A DNA stretch of 64,000 bases, taken from NCBI GenBank assembly GCA_016926395.1, contig JAFGOT010000010.1:13081-77080 (forward strand). Direction: 5' to 3'. The notes under the pieces were generated by a model. The model saw only the letters and a list, made by a program, of their open reading frames with translations. It searched no databases and was not told the origin of the DNA. The position numbers and the translations under genes are program-made. This DNA comes from Candidatus Woesearchaeota archaeon (GTDB lineage Archaea > Nanobdellota > Nanobdellia > Woesearchaeales > SKGA01). Shown one piece after another: positions 1 through 10,038 of the stretch; the first letter of the stretch is position 1; each line of letters opens with the position of its first letter.

Positions 1-3000
1 CTCATAGCAGTACGTTTAATTTTACCATCTTCAATATTTTGAATCTCAGATACATCGTTCTTAATACTTTGTATGTCTTTTGAAATACTGGATTTTTCAG
101 CATTTAAACTAGCAACATAAGAATTCAAGTTTTCGACTGTAACTTGATTGCCACTTCCATCGACAATACCATAAGCATTCAATCCTTCTTGAAGAGTTTC
201 TTGTTTTCCTTTTAGAGCTTCAACTTGTCGCTGTTTCGCAAAACTAAGTTCTTCCTTTTGAAGATCTACTGCTTGATCATAAATTTCTTTATCTGCTTGT
301 AAAGAAGTCATTTTATCAGTTAATGTTTTAACTTTTGCAGGATCACCACCACAATTTTCAATTGGCTTTCCCCCACAAACACTTGCTAATTCCTTTTTTG
401 TTGCTTCTATTTCTTCATTTACTTTTTTTAATCCATCCTCAGAACTAGCTAAATCTTTTTCAGCACTTGCAACATCATTTTTTGCCTCATCAATAGCGGC
501 TTTGTCATTAAGACTTTTTGTTTGTTCAACATACGAACCAACAATATTAACTGCTTGTAATACTCCTTCTGGAGAACATAAACCACAATTGTAAACCAAA
601 CAACCCAATTTTAAGAATGAATCTATTCCTACATTTAATTTATCATTACTGGCAGTGCCCGAATCACCACCCAACATTTTTGTCAGAGAACCAATTGGAT
701 TAACTTTTGATCTTAAGCTATTTAACTTTTCGAACAAATTTGAACATAAATTCGTCCACATAGTATCTACACCAGGAACCCAACTAAAACCAACTGCAAC
801 TCCATATACCACCGTCTCAATAGCAGATATAGTTGAAAAAACAGTGTTAAATGTGTTTGATATAGTGCATATCGTGTCAATAATATCTAAATAGGTATGC
901 CAGTCATCAATGCTGTCTTGCAAATCATTTATCTCTCCAACAATATCAGTTAGTTTTTCTTGAGTTGCAATATCGATTGTTCCAAGTTCTTGATTAAATG
1001 TTGGCATACGCACTACTAACTCTTCGAGTTCTGGTTTTGTGTAACGCACAACTCCTCTTTTTTCATAAACTTTGATAGTGCAATTAATAGTAACTGAAGA
1101 ATCTAATAATTGTTCTCGCCCACCTATTGGAACTACAAGTATCGGTTGTTTTGAATGTTCATTGATAAAATATGGTCTTCCTGCTAAATCTTTTGTTCCA
1201 ACACAACCAGTCGTATCTAAATCTACAATTTCTGTGTTTTGATTTTTGAAATTAAAATCTAATGGAAGGTATGCTCTTATTGGCATAAATGTCATCATTC
1301 GTTTGTCAATTTTTTGTGTTGGATTAGAAGTTATAGAAGATAATGATTCTGGTGGAACTTGTGTTTCTGCTTCACATACTTGTATTGGAATTGTTAAGTC
1401 TTCAATTTGGTTTCCAGCTAAGTCTTTGACAGTTACTGCCAAGTCTTCTTTCTCTGCATAAGAAACAAAATTACTTAATTCTAATTTACAAACAAAGATA
1501 TTTCCTTGTCTTTGACAATCATTTTGAAAGAAGTTATCTGTTGTTATTTTTTCTGGACTCGCACTTATTCTTATTATTGGAGAAACTTCATCAGTTACAT
1601 TTATTGTAAGATATGCCTTTTCTCCAGTTATTGGACATAATACCGAAAAGTTAAGATCTGTTTTTGCAACAGGAGGATCTTGGTCAACAATCACTGTTGA
1701 TGAAGATATTCCTTTTAACGGAGAACCAAGCGAATCTGTTGAAGGTGTTGTTAACGCCACTGTTTGTCGTGAACCCGAAGATATCGTTTTATCCACAGGT
1801 AAATAACCATAACAAGTGTAATAGTCGCCAGTATCATTACAAGAAGCCATTTTAATATAACCAAGGGTTGATAACCCTGATGCCGAAACCGTTATTAAAT
1901 AAGGTTTAATTTCAACATCTTGACTGGTTATGTGCATAAATAATTTATTAGCACCACCTTTATAGTAACATGTTCCTTCAAAACAATTTTCTTTTGCATC
2001 TCTTCCAAAATAAGTAACTTCACTCAATTTTGTTTGAATCGCAAAATGAGCAGAAATATTTTTTGTTGATACATGACCTTTGAAATCTGTTGCAGTTACT
2101 TTAATAGGAACTTCTGTTGCACCAGGATTTATTTGTACGCCTTCAAACACGCACTCATACATTAATCCTTGTTTTGTACATCTTGCAGTTCTAGAACTGT
2201 CTTGGCTTTTTAATTCTGGATCTCTTGACAGCGAAGATAAATCTCCAGTTACTAATGTTAAATTATCATCTTTGACCTTTACATAAATATCAGCACTTGG
2301 AACCATCGAAGGTTGTGATGAAATAGTTTCTAATTTTGTTTCTCCTGATAGAACAATTACTTCATCTTGTATTTCAGGGCCTTGAAAATCAACATTAATT
2401 GGTCCGAAATTCAACTGACCAAATTGTCCTAAATTATCTTGTACTATAGCTGTAAAAATGAAGTCGCCACTAACCTTTGGAGGCTTAATTAAAACGGATT
2501 TTTCATAAACACATAATCCTTTTTCACCAATCGTTTCTTTGTAAAAGACATCTTCTTCTGTTGTTACTTCAATCGATTGTATTCCTGCACAATTTTCTGA
2601 ACCCATAAATGCTTCATCATAAGCAGTTATAGTCAAATTCAACTTGTCTCCAACAGGTTCGACAAGAAGTTTTGTTATTACAGGTGCTCTTCCATCAACA
2701 ATAAATGGCCAAGTAAAAATTTGTGTTAATCCTTGTTTGAATGTTAAAACATATTCTCCTGCTTCAGTTGTTGTTTTTTCAAATGTGTGATCACATACAA
2801 AAAGACCTTCGTCATTTTCTACGCAACTCATTGGATAATCTTGATCTCCACGAACAATACTCACTGCCGCATCAGAAACTACGTGAACTTTTGTAATATC
2901 CTCTAACCCTCGGATACCTTTTATTCCATTAGTACCAGTTATATCTACAGTTGTAACAGCGTTAACCATTGAAATCTGCATCAGAAAAATACTTAGAAGC

Positions 3001-3038
3001 AAAAAAAATAATAATTTTCTCTCTATTCGCACACCCAT
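1..3038 (-). CDS. Large secreted/surface protein (>1012 aa, runs off the window start); Ig-like repeats followed by a Cys-containing helical region and a long coiled coil
   Basis: Manual translation from ATG at 3038 (MGVRIERKLLFFLLLSIFLMQISMVNA|VTT, a Sec signal peptide) stays open to base 1. Recurrent D-x-x-x-P-x-I strand starts (DGRAPVI, DFQGPEI, DQDPPV, DEVSPII). TATA box 25 bp upstream. Not in the ORF track because its stop lies outside the window. Confidence 0.85.
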   Translation of the reverse strand, partial: MGVRIERKLLFFLLLSIFLMQISMVNAVTTVDITGTNGIKGIRGLEDITKVHVVSDAAVSIVRGDQDYPMSCVENDEGLFVCDHTFEKTTTEAGEYVLTFKQGLTQIFTWPFIVDGRAPVITKLLVEPVGDKLNLTITAYDEAFMGSENCAGIQSIEVTTEEDVFYKETIGEKGLCVYEKSVLIKPPKVSGDFIFTAIVQDNLGQFGQLNFGPINVDFQGPEIQDEVIVLSGETKLETISSQPSMVPSADIYVKVKDDNLTLVTGDLSSLSRDPELKSQDSSRTARCTKQGLMYECVFEGVQINPGATEVPIKVTATDFKGHVSTKNISAHFAIQTKLSEVTYFGRDAKENCFEGTCYYKGGANKLFMHITSQDVEIKPYLITVSASGLSTLGYIKMASCNDTGDYYTCYGYLPVDKTISSGSRQTVALTTPSTDSLGSPLKGISSSTVIVDQDPPVAKTDLNFSVLCPITGEKAYLTINVTDEVSPIIRISASPEKITTDNFFQNDCQRQGNIFVCKLELSNFVSYAEKEDLAVTVKDLAGNQIEDLTIPIQVCEAETQVPPESLSSITSNPTQKIDKRMMTFMPIRAYLPLDFNFKNQNTEIVDLDTTGCVGTKDLAGRPYFINEHSKQPILVVPIGGREQLLDSSVTINCTIKVYEKRGVVRYTKPELEELVVRMPTFNQELGTIDIATQEKLTDIVGEINDLQDSIDDWHTYLDIIDTICTISNTFNTVFSTISAIETVVYGVAVGFSWVPGVDTMWTNLCSNLFEKLNSLRSKVNPIGSLTKMLGGDSGTASNDKLNVGIDSFLKLGCLVYNCGLCSPEGVLQAVNIVGSYVEQTKSLNDKAAIDEAKNDVASAEKDLASSEDGLKKVNEEIEATKKELASVCGGKPIENCGGDPAKVKTLTDKMTSLQADKEIYDQAVDLQKEELSFAKQRQVEALKGKQETLQEGLNAYGIVDGSGNQVTVENLNSYVASLNAEKSSISKDIQSIKNDVSEIQNIEDGKIKRTAM

Positions 3039-3062
3039 AGGTTAAAAATACAAGAATAAGAG

Positions 3063-3070
3063 TATTTAAA
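3063..3070 (-). promoter_or_regulatory. Archaeal TATA box (TTTAAATA) for the large surface-protein gene
   Basis: Minus strand reads ATAATCTTTAAATACT, 25 bp upstream of ATG 3038. The same motif recurs upstream of several other genes. Confidence 0.6.
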
Positions 3071-3102
3071 GATTATGTTTATAAACAAAGAACGAAAATT
3101 AA

Positions 3103-3648
3103 CTAAAAATCTGCTAGTTCTGCAAATTTAGTGTGTTTTCGATGTTTTTCAAGCCACTTATACACAGATGCATGTGGACTTCCTGTCAATAAGGATTCTA
3201 CAGCTTTTTTAGAAATTGCAACATCATCACAAAATCCAATTATTGTGATTGTTTTTCCATAAACACTTATTGAAGTGTTTGTGAATTCCTCAATTGTTTC
3301 TCTTGCCTTCCCGCCTTTTCCTATGACTCGGCCTCTAAGTCTTAGTTGTTGGTCTTGACTTTTTACAAAATCAGAAAGATTTAACAGTTCTAAAACATAA
3401 TCTTGTTTGAAAAGTCTCATAGCAATTTCAGGGTTAAAACCTCTTCCTACAGCTTTTATAATGTCTTTTAGAACGAATAATTGGATTGAATCAGATCCTG
3501 AAATAACGATATCTCCTTCTTTTGAGTCTATATTTATCTTAGACTTTGTTTGAGATTCAAGTTCCGTTTTGATTTCGCCGTTTTTACCAATTAAAACCGC
3601 TATTCTCTCTTTTGGAATCTTTAATTCATAGGAATATTCGTCAGCCAT
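3103..3648 (-). CDS. KH-domain RNA-processing protein (Dim2/Pno1/Krr1-like, 16S maturation)
   Basis: Two KH GxxG loops (IGKNG, IGKGG); directly downstream of the RIO kinase, the usual archaeal arrangement. Confidence 0.92.
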   Translation of the reverse strand: MADEYSYELKIPKERIAVLIGKNGEIKTELESQTKSKINIDSKEGDIVISGSDSIQLFVLKDIIKAVGRGFNPEIAMRLFKQDYVLELLNLSDFVKSQDQQLRLRGRVIGKGGKARETIEEFTNTSISVYGKTITIIGFCDDVAISKKAVESLLTGSPHASVYKWLEKHRKHTKFAELADF

Positions 3649-3701
3649 TAGATACCAGAAATCAAAGCTCTTTTTTAAAGCTTCCTTTATAAATCAAGAT
3701 T

Positions 3702-4421
3702 TTAGTTTTCTTCTTTATCAATTATCTTAGAATAAACTTCTTCTTGAGATAATTTTACGCCCTGTTTTCTAAAGAATCTACAAATGTTTTCTATGTCTCT
3801 TTTTAGCAATTCTTTAGCGTTTGGAGCTTCCTTAGCTGTTGCTTGGGAAAAATCAATAAAAACAGGTTTTCCGTGTTGCATAAGAATGTTGAATTCAGAT
3901 AAATCACCATGTATAAGGCCTGTTTTGAATAACTGTTTCATCATTTCAACTATTTCATCAAATGTTTCTTGAGGGTTTTCAAGATGGGAGTCTTTTAGTT
4001 GTGGCGCAGCCTCACCTTCATCATCAATAAACTCTGTAACAACAATGTTATCTTTGAACGTCATCGGAGTTGGAACACGTATTAGTTCTCTTGCCTTTAG
4101 CAAGTTTCTATACTCTCTTTGTGTCCAAGCGAAAATTATTCTTCTTTTATCTCCTTTAAGGTTTAAGTATCGAGGGTCTTGAGAGATGTATTCGTACATC
4201 TTGTTGAAGTTACAATTTTCTAATCTGTAAATTTTTATAGCTATTTGTTCGCCTTCTTTGTTTGTAGCTACAAACACATTGGCTTCTTTTCCAAGCGCCA
4301 CAGACCCTTTTAATTCTTCAAAATATCCCTGACTAGCTAAACGTTCAAGATTTCTTAACGTAAATGCATCAAAAACATTACCATATGTTTTCCATGCTTC
4401 TCTACTTCTATTTACAACCAT
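3702..4421 (-). CDS. rio1: RIO1-family Ser/Thr protein kinase
   Basis: GKEANVF, AIKIY, IHGDLSEFNIL and FIDFSQA motifs. Confidence 0.95.
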   Translation of the reverse strand: MVVNRSREAWKTYGNVFDAFTLRNLERLASQGYFEELKGSVALGKEANVFVATNKEGEQIAIKIYRLENCNFNKMYEYISQDPRYLNLKGDKRRIIFAWTQREYRNLLKARELIRVPTPMTFKDNIVVTEFIDDEGEAAPQLKDSHLENPQETFDEIVEMMKQLFKTGLIHGDLSEFNILMQHGKPVFIDFSQATAKEAPNAKELLKRDIENICRFFRKQGVKLSQEEVYSKIIDKEEN

Positions 4422-4583
4422 CTACTAAAGAAAGATATCTTTTCCTTTTTAAAACCACTCATCAAAAACAAGGAACAACAAGATTTGAAATGTCGTGGCA
4501 AAGCGAAGACACCAAAAAAGAAGTAACATGGCCTCTAAATAAGTAGCATATAGAAATTACCTTAAATAAATTGAGAAAAAATG

Positions 4584-4657
4584 TGGGTCGGGGGGGATTT
4601 GAACCCCCGACTTCTCCCTCTTCAGGGGAGCGCTCTGCCGGTCTGAGCTACCAACCC
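4584..4657 (-). tRNA. tRNA-Phe(GAA), intronless, CCA not encoded
   Basis: Minus strand GGGTTGG...CCGACCC acceptor stem, D-arm TAGCTCAGACCGGCAGAGC, anticodon arm CTCCC-CT-GAA-GA-GGGAG, T-loop GGTTCAAATCC. Confidence 0.96.
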
Positions 4658-4773
4658 AATAAAAAAAGAGTTGCAGAGCCTAGGTTTCAAGAATCAGAAA
4701 GTAGTTTATAAAGATTATTATTATCGGGCGTATCTAAGCCCTAAAAAAAGAATTTAAAGAATTAATGGAATTT

Positions 4774-7011
4774 TTAGCTACCAATATTTATTGGTATTGC
4801 TCCTGCCACTAAGTTAAATACGAGTATTGCTCCTCCTGCAAGCATAATATATAGTATTGTTGATTTAGTCATTCCTATTCCTAATGCGTTTTCTTTTCCT
4901 ATTTGATCACCGCCAGTTTCTATTCCGTTTCCTATAACAGTTAGGATGTAAGCTAGTTCAACAACATAAAGACCCACTACAATTTGGAAATGATATGTTG
5001 GTATTCCAGTTCCAAACATAGATAATAATCCCGCTCCTCCACCTGCTGCTCCACCTGCAGATAGTTGTTTCATTCCATCACCTAGTATTCCTAAAATTTT
5101 TGTGATCATGCTTGTTATTCCAACTACAATTCCTGAAATTACAGGTGTTAAGAATTTTACTTGACCTTTCAAACTTCCTATAACATCTCCTAATAAATCT
5201 TGTAGTCGCTCGTCAACTCTATGCATTTGTTTGATATATTCGGAAACATTAATTATCGCTTGGCTAGCTACCAGCGGTCCTTTTTTACTTGATTCGACAA
5301 GAACTTTCATCGAACTTTCTATTAGGTCCGATGGATAATATTGCAAAGCTCCTTTTTCTTTGTCAAATATTGCTTTTTCGACACTCATCCCTAAACGAGT
5401 AATGTTAACGTGAACTAACATGAAAAATTTTCCTGAAACAGTATCTTGCATCATCGAGGCTACTTTTCCAAATGATGTTTCGGCTGGTATTCCATCACCT
5501 ATCCTGCTTCCTAATTGGAACAACGCACTAGAAAATTCAAGTTCTAATTTTTTTGATTGGTCTCTTATTTTCACAATTTTTTGTGATTTCATTTTAAAAT
5601 AAAGACCCATAAAATAACCTATACTTAGAGGTATAAGGAGACTAAACATCATCGCTCCAAGACCAAAAGGCCCTACTAAATCTTCAGTTGCATCCCCTCC
5701 TTCAGTTCTCACTCGGTAATTTAAGAAATAATATTTTGCAGTTCCAGGATCTATAAAATCTGCATTGACTAATTTTAAATTTCCTGAAGGCCCCGGTGCT
5801 AAAGCATAATCTGGAAGACCTACAGAATACCATATTAAAGGTATCAATCCGATTAAAAAAACAATTGCTCCTAAAACAAAACAAACAACTATCGGTTTTA
5901 GATATAATTCTTGTCCGCCAAAATTTATTGTTATGTTCTTAAGTTTTTTTAGTTCGGGGTTTTTTTCTGTTATGTCTTGATCTCCACTTCCACCCGGCCT
6001 TGTAGATAATATTTTTGATCCTAAATAATAAACCGCAATAGGTAATAGAATATTATAGAATGCGAGCAAGTGATACCATCGCATATTATCCATAAAGCTT
6101 ACTACTAATGGTAATAGTACTAATGTTAATATTGGAAGAACAACTCCAAGCATGTTAAGTGTTGTTAATGGTGCTTGCAAGTTGTGTGCAAAGTGAATCA
6201 TTTTTTCATACGTACCATCAAGCATAACAGCTAATGCTTTGTCAAGACTTCCAAGTCGCCTATCATTACTTGATTCATAAAGAGAAGATTGTATTAAGTG
6301 CATACACTCTACAAACTCTTCGTTATTATGACGCCAAGCATTTAAGTAATCATCAAGAGAATCTTTCACTGAATCAAATTTTTCCGTCTCAACATTCCAA
6401 ACAATTTTTCTCATGTCAAGTGCTAATGGAGGCCCTAAATGTTCTGCTGCAAAGTTTATTGCAAGCTCCAAGTTTGATGTGTGTCTCATATATGTTACTA
6501 CATAAAAAACAGCTAGAACCATTTGGTTTGATGCTTTCATCTTCCAAGAACCAGCTAAAGTCATTGGTAAACTTTGTAAAGGTATAAGCATTGCAAGCCC
6601 GCCAAGTAATGCAAACATTACAAAGAATAAGTTTCCTTGACCGCCCAAAGCCATAGGAATAATAAAGAAAATAATCATTGCTGCAAAGATTATTGCTAAA
6701 GGAATTACAAGTGCAGCACTATATACGCCCGTAGGAGTTGTGTTTAGATGACAAGTGTTTATAGCTTCTTGAAGTGCTTGCGCTTTTTTTTCATCTGGTC
6801 TAAAAGGAATTGTTTTTTCTGCAAAATTACAAATTTTTTCGTAAACAGTAAAATTTTTTGGCATGTATTGTTTTTTGAATTCTTCATACGCTCTTGTTTG
6901 TCCAACTTCTTCACTTGCAAATCCGCCGTTGTTTCCAGATAACTCTTGTTCTAATCTTTCTTTAAAAAGTTGAGACAATCGTTTATCCGAGATTTGTTCT
7001 TCGTCTGGCAT
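4774..7011 (-). CDS. Type IV pilus/Tad inner-membrane platform protein (TadB/TadC/FlaJ-like, two T2SSF-type repeats)
   Basis: Polytopic membrane protein with two soluble helical repeats (LELAINFAAEHLGPPLALDMRK; LELEFSSALFQLGSRIGDGIPAE), overlapping the 3' end of a secretion ATPase gene. ATG 7011 preferred over TTG 7026. Confidence 0.85.
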   Translation of the reverse strand: MPDEEQISDKRLSQLFKERLEQELSGNNGGFASEEVGQTRAYEEFKKQYMPKNFTVYEKICNFAEKTIPFRPDEKKAQALQEAINTCHLNTTPTGVYSAALVIPLAIIFAAMIIFFIIPMALGGQGNLFFVMFALLGGLAMLIPLQSLPMTLAGSWKMKASNQMVLAVFYVVTYMRHTSNLELAINFAAEHLGPPLALDMRKIVWNVETEKFDSVKDSLDDYLNAWRHNNEEFVECMHLIQSSLYESSNDRRLGSLDKALAVMLDGTYEKMIHFAHNLQAPLTTLNMLGVVLPILTLVLLPLVVSFMDNMRWYHLLAFYNILLPIAVYYLGSKILSTRPGGSGDQDITEKNPELKKLKNITINFGGQELYLKPIVVCFVLGAIVFLIGLIPLIWYSVGLPDYALAPGPSGNLKLVNADFIDPGTAKYYFLNYRVRTEGGDATEDLVGPFGLGAMMFSLLIPLSIGYFMGLYFKMKSQKIVKIRDQSKKLELEFSSALFQLGSRIGDGIPAETSFGKVASMMQDTVSGKFFMLVHVNITRLGMSVEKAIFDKEKGALQYYPSDLIESSMKVLVESSKKGPLVASQAIINVSEYIKQMHRVDERLQDLLGDVIGSLKGQVKFLTPVISGIVVGITSMITKILGILGDGMKQLSAGGAAGGGAGLLSMFGTGIPTYHFQIVVGLYVVELAYILTVIGNGIETGGDQIGKENALGIGMTKSTILYIMLAGGAILVFNLVAGAIPINIGS

Positions 7012-7015
7012 TTTT

Positions 7016-9385
7016 TTATTCTGCAATTTGTTGTTGTGAATTTTGTTTTAGTTTTATTCTCTTAACTTCTTTTTCAATCCAGTCATTCCATTCAAAATAT
7101 ATCGCTTCGTGATCTTCTTTTCCTGATCGTTTAATTACTTTTTCAACTACTTTATGAAATGTGTCGTTTGCTAAGATTACAAATTCTGCTTCCATCAAAT
7201 CAGGTAACTTTTCTTTCATTGCGATTTCGAATATTCTTTGTTTTACTTTTGCTCGAAGTTGGATATTATCCCACATCGCATCCCAGTTTCCAGTGTATTC
7301 TTTAACTTTCGATGCAATATCTTTTAGTATTTCGCTTTCTCCGTTTAATAACTCTGGTGTTGGTTCTAAAGTGTCTGTTTTTGCGTTGTATTTCATCAAG
7401 TCTACAAAGCCACCTTCTGTTCCGGGATCTTTGTCCCAGTCTTTTCTTACTTCGGTTATTTGTAGCACTCTTCTCATTTTGTGAAGCCCATCGGCTGATT
7501 TTATTGGATTAACAATTATGATTATATCTGTTGCTTTAAACGAAGTATTTGGCACTCCAATATCATTGACTAATCGGTCATAAATACCATAAGGACTATC
7601 ACCGTGAATTGTTCCTGCTACAACATTTGCTGCAGCTCCAACTCTCATTGCTTCATAAAGTGCTTTTGCTTCTCCACTTCTTACTTCTCCAACAATTAAA
7701 GCACTATCTCCAAGACGCAAAGTACTTCGTATACCATCAGCTGCAGTAAATTCCCCGCCTGATTTTCCAAGTGCACTCGCAACTTTTATTGGTTGAATGT
7801 TAAAACCTAATTTTCTCATCGCAGTTCCTGGAAGTTCAAGCGTGTCTTCAACTGTTATAATTCTATGTCGTCTCATTATCTCAATTAATAGCGATGATAG
7901 AAAACTACTTTTACCTGAACTTCTCGTACCACACACAAGAAAAGTTCTTGTTCCATCTATTAAAAAAGACAATAATCCTGCCCCTAAAGGACTAAGCATT
8001 TTGTATTTTAGAAATAAAGGTAATGTCCATGGTTTGTCTCGATGTCGTCTAAATGAGAATGCTAAACCTGAAGGATCAAGTGGTTTTGTTATCGTACTTG
8101 TCCTAATACTTGCACCAGGTAATTCAAGTTCTGTATCAAGAATTGGATTCGCTTCATCAAGTGGTCGACCAGAAATCATTCTTAATTTTGATGCCCAACT
8201 TTCTGTATCACCGATGGTTGGAAAAATATTTGTTATACAATCATCATAATCTGCGTGTACAATAAATATAGGCACTTCTCCAGCTGGAGAGTTAACAGAT
8301 ATGTCCTGCATTTTTTCATCTTGAAGAAGAACTTCTATCAGTCCAAATCCCACTGTATATCTAACAAGTATTGCTGCTAGTTCTTCTACTTGTTTATCAT
8401 CTAGCGTTATATTTCTATAGTTTGCTAATTCAACAAGAAGATCTTTTCCTACATTGTGAAAAACTTCTCTCATTCTTGCAGGGTCGGTGAACTCATCGCT
8501 ATCCGGTTGATGCTCACTCATTATTTTTCTTGCAGTATCAAGTAAGTCATACAACTCTTCAGAAAGTTTAAACTCTGGTGGCATCACATGATATAAATAT
8601 TGAACCGTATCTGGTCTCTCAAAAATTACAACTTCTGTATCTCCAATTGTGTAGTTGTCAAGTTCAACTCCATTTTTTGGATATGTTGCCATAAGTTTTG
8701 TAAACATAAAATCTGGTTTTATTATTGGAAAGAATATTTTTCTGTATGCATCTCTGTTTCCAATTTCGTGTCCTTCAATATATGGTCTTGCTACTAAGAA
8801 AAACTTGGTTCCTTCTAAAAGTTCAAGTATGTGGTCGATTAATTTTACGTAATGAAGTATTCCTTCTGCTAAGTTTAAATCTAGTTCTTTGTCTGCTGCA
8901 ATTTGTTCCCTTCGTTTTATTCTTTTCAGTCTTACAAAACAAGAGATAGGATCTTTTTTTAGTTCTGTAAATAAAACACTGTGAAGTTCGTTGTATTTTG
9001 ATGCCAGTGTTGATGCTGCAATTGATTGTGCTAGAGAAGAATAACTAAACAATTCTTTATTTCTAATTAATTTTACATATAATTTTGCAAGTTCTTGAAG
9101 AAGGGAAACTTGCGTATAATCATACTCATAATTGTGTTTTTGTAAGAATACTAATTTTGTGGCGTTTGGATTTTCTATTAGCATATTTATTGCTTCATCC
9201 ATAGTTACTTCGTCATCTTCAATAGATGGAATTCTACCTCTATTTGCGTAATTAACTAGTATAGAAACGTCATCGCCTTCTCGTTCAACTTCATATTGAA
9301 GTTTCTTCTTTTTTTCGTCAAACGCCATTAAACCACTCAAACCCTCTTTTTGTGACTTTCTAGTAATACTGATATAATTTAGCAT
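7016..9385 (-). CDS. Type IV pilus assembly ATPase (TadA/VirB11/FlaI family) with long N-terminal extension
   Basis: Walker A GTRSSGKS, Asp box TVEDTLEL, LRLGDSALIVGEVRSGEA, TIHG His box. Start may instead be ATG 9328. Confidence 0.93.
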   Translation of the reverse strand: MLNYISITRKSQKEGLSGLMAFDEKKKKLQYEVEREGDDVSILVNYANRGRIPSIEDDEVTMDEAINMLIENPNATKLVFLQKHNYEYDYTQVSLLQELAKLYVKLIRNKELFSYSSLAQSIAASTLASKYNELHSVLFTELKKDPISCFVRLKRIKRREQIAADKELDLNLAEGILHYVKLIDHILELLEGTKFFLVARPYIEGHEIGNRDAYRKIFFPIIKPDFMFTKLMATYPKNGVELDNYTIGDTEVVIFERPDTVQYLYHVMPPEFKLSEELYDLLDTARKIMSEHQPDSDEFTDPARMREVFHNVGKDLLVELANYRNITLDDKQVEELAAILVRYTVGFGLIEVLLQDEKMQDISVNSPAGEVPIFIVHADYDDCITNIFPTIGDTESWASKLRMISGRPLDEANPILDTELELPGASIRTSTITKPLDPSGLAFSFRRHRDKPWTLPLFLKYKMLSPLGAGLLSFLIDGTRTFLVCGTRSSGKSSFLSSLLIEIMRRHRIITVEDTLELPGTAMRKLGFNIQPIKVASALGKSGGEFTAADGIRSTLRLGDSALIVGEVRSGEAKALYEAMRVGAAANVVAGTIHGDSPYGIYDRLVNDIGVPNTSFKATDIIIIVNPIKSADGLHKMRRVLQITEVRKDWDKDPGTEGGFVDLMKYNAKTDTLEPTPELLNGESEILKDIASKVKEYTGNWDAMWDNIQLRAKVKQRIFEIAMKEKLPDLMEAEFVILANDTFHKVVEKVIKRSGKEDHEAIYFEWNDWIEKEVKRIKLKQNSQQQIAE

Positions 9386-9419
9386 ACCATCTAGTTACAT
9401 TATATTGATAAAATGAGAG

Positions 9420-9427
9420 TATTTAAA
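9420..9427 (-). promoter_or_regulatory. TATA box for the ATPase-platform operon
   Basis: Minus strand AATCTTTAAATACT, the same motif as at 3063, 13049, 27183 and 58483. Confidence 0.55.
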
Positions 9428-9452
9428 GATTACTTAAAAAAAACAAAGGACT

Positions 9453-9932
9453 CTATTTACATGATTTTATTTTTTTAACAAAATCATCAATTTTGTCTTC
9501 GTTTTCTCCTTTTCTTACTTCTTTTGTTTTCATTCCAAGAGTTGCTAGTGGCTTAGCATTTAGCACCTCTTGCATTGCTTCAAAGACTTTTTGATCATTA
9601 TCCCCGCCACGAGTTTGAAAAAAAGCAACTTTTTTTAGATTTTTCTTGTTTTGCATAAGAACCGTTCGTATAGCAGGAGTTATTGTTCCTGCCCAGTTTG
9701 GAGTTCCTATGATTACAAGTTCATATTTTGAAAAGTCTTTCTTTAAAGGTTCTATTAAAGTTGTTTTTTTAAGAATTGCATCTCGACCACCAATGATGTA
9801 ACCAAGAGCACCTCCTCTAGATGTCTTGTCGATTATTTCTTCAACATCAGCACCTAATTTTTCTGCTAGTTTTTTAGCTAAAAGATTTGTTGTTCCAGAA
9901 CGTGAATAGTTAATTATTAGTGTTTTTTTCAT
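9453..9932 (-). CDS. Flavodoxin-like protein
   Basis: YSRSGTT FMN-binding loop, IGTPNWAG, AFFQT. Confidence 0.88.
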   Translation of the reverse strand: MKKTLIINYSRSGTTNLLAKKLAEKLGADVEEIIDKTSRGGALGYIIGGRDAILKKTTLIEPLKKDFSKYELVIIGTPNWAGTITPAIRTVLMQNKKNLKKVAFFQTRGGDNDQKVFEAMQEVLNAKPLATLGMKTKEVRKGENEDKIDDFVKKIKSCK

Positions 9933-10038
9933 AAGGACGAAGCAGCAATCTTTAGTTTTTAAGTTTTTGCTTGATGTATTAGAAAAGAATAATTATAAAA
10001 AGCCTGTTTGTTTTAGTTTTAATAAGAGGTGAATAAAC

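Noticed and set aside
655-2286. Short plus-strand ORFs 655..894, 1246..1461, 1664..1855 and 2080..2286
   Set aside because: Antisense shadows of the uninterrupted minus-strand gene 1..3038; no RBS or motifs.
4446-4530. 26-codon hydrophobic minus-strand ORF upstream of rio1 (MLLLFWCLRF...)
   Set aside because: No aIF-1A similarity, no clear RBS, and too short to support.
5420-8949. Opposite-strand ORFs inside the platform and ATPase genes
   Set aside because: Shadow ORFs overlapping well-supported genes.
4584-9385. tRNA-Phe as an integration site for the Tad genes
   Set aside because: No integrase and no duplicated tRNA 3' end seen in the window; composition looks like the flanks.
4774-9385. 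Archaellum (flaI/flaJ) interpretation of the motor genes
   Set aside because: No archaellin, FlaF/G or adjacent FlaH gene; the pilin-like proteins lack archaellin-type N-termini.
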